DNA of 64,000 nt from an uncultured bacterium (GTDB lineage: Bacteria; Patescibacteriota; Minisyncoccia; UBA6257; 2-01-FULL-56-20), in assembly GCA_963705915.1 (NCBI GenBank), contig OY970126.1:408616-472615 (forward strand), read 5' to 3'. The first letter of the stretch is position 1. The number at the start of each line of letters is the position of its first letter. Of the stretch, positions 63,743 to 64,000 are shown piece after piece. Position numbers and translations under genes: made by a program. The notes under the pieces are model-generated. The model was not told where the DNA came from and made no database searches. It worked only from the letters and a program-made list of their open reading frames with translations.

Positions 63743-64000
63743 ATGAAAAGTTTCTCTCCGGAGGAAGAACTTACGACTCATCGCTCAGAAGAACGACTTC
63801 CGGAAGCAGAAGAAGCTCTCTATGAAGTCCTTGTCCCGGAGAACGAGGCCAAGGCTATTCAGATGGAATCCTTTATGGACCACTACGGGGAAACCATCAT
63901 CCGCGAAGATCAAAAAGAATTGGCCAGACGTGAAGCCACATTCACAAATGACCGATCAACAAAATTTGGCAAACTTTTCGAAGCGACCGTCAATCATGAG
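63743..64000 (+). CDS. Hypothetical protein, partial (runs off window end)
   Basis: ATG 63743 MKSFSPEEELTTHRSEERLPEAEEALYEVLVPENEAKAIQMESFMDHYGETIIREDQKELARREATF... open to end of window. Confidence 0.3.
   Translation, partial: MKSFSPEEELTTHRSEERLPEAEEALYEVLVPENEAKAIQMESFMDHYGETIIREDQKELARREATFTNDRSTKFGKLFEATVNHE

Overview
This 64 kb window reads as a housekeeping-dense chromosomal region of a bacterium with a reduced, streamlined gene set. The evidence is domain-minimal aminoacyl-tRNA synthetases (LeuRS, MetRS, SerRS, ThrRS without a TGS domain, a 721-aa ValRS), a DUF4012 protein, FtsE/FtsX, type IV pilin-like and DUF4870 proteins, and about 55% GC. This is compatible with a CPR/Patescibacteria-like or similarly streamlined lineage; that lineage assignment is inference. 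Clearly recognisable genes are leuS, metG, serS, thrS, valS, lepA, recG, prfB (with its canonical programmed +1 frameshift site CTT TGA C), alr, fba, tgt, tsaD, purA, guaB, rplY, rpmB, ftsE/ftsX, an F-type ATP synthase operon and five tRNAs (Thr-CGT, Ala-GGC, Arg-CCT, Cys-GCA, Glu-TTC). The most unusual observations follow. (1) The three F1 genes atpA, atpG and atpD carry about a dozen frame changes within 3.9 kb, and the alpha C-terminus runs in frame into gamma, while the flanking Fo/delta/epsilon genes and all neighbours are intact. (2) A duplicated 3' fragment of tRNA-Glu lies about 230 bp from the intact tRNA, with a nest of palindromes in between; this looks like an att-site or integration scar. 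(3) A perfect 32-bp-stem palindrome sits between prfB and ftsE. (4) A cell-surface locus encodes a GT2 processive synthase, a pilin-like protein, a His-less cupredoxin-like protein and a 729-aa Gly/Thr/Ser-rich protein with a near-identical internal tandem repeat. (5) TGnTACAAT-type extended -10 elements recur only 6-14 nt upstream of start codons, implying leaderless or very short-leader mRNAs. No CRISPR array, rRNA, integrase or transposase was seen. All calls rest on reading the sequence and the ORF translations without database searches. Coordinates of hairpins, promoters and alternative starts are hand-derived and should be re-verified computationally.
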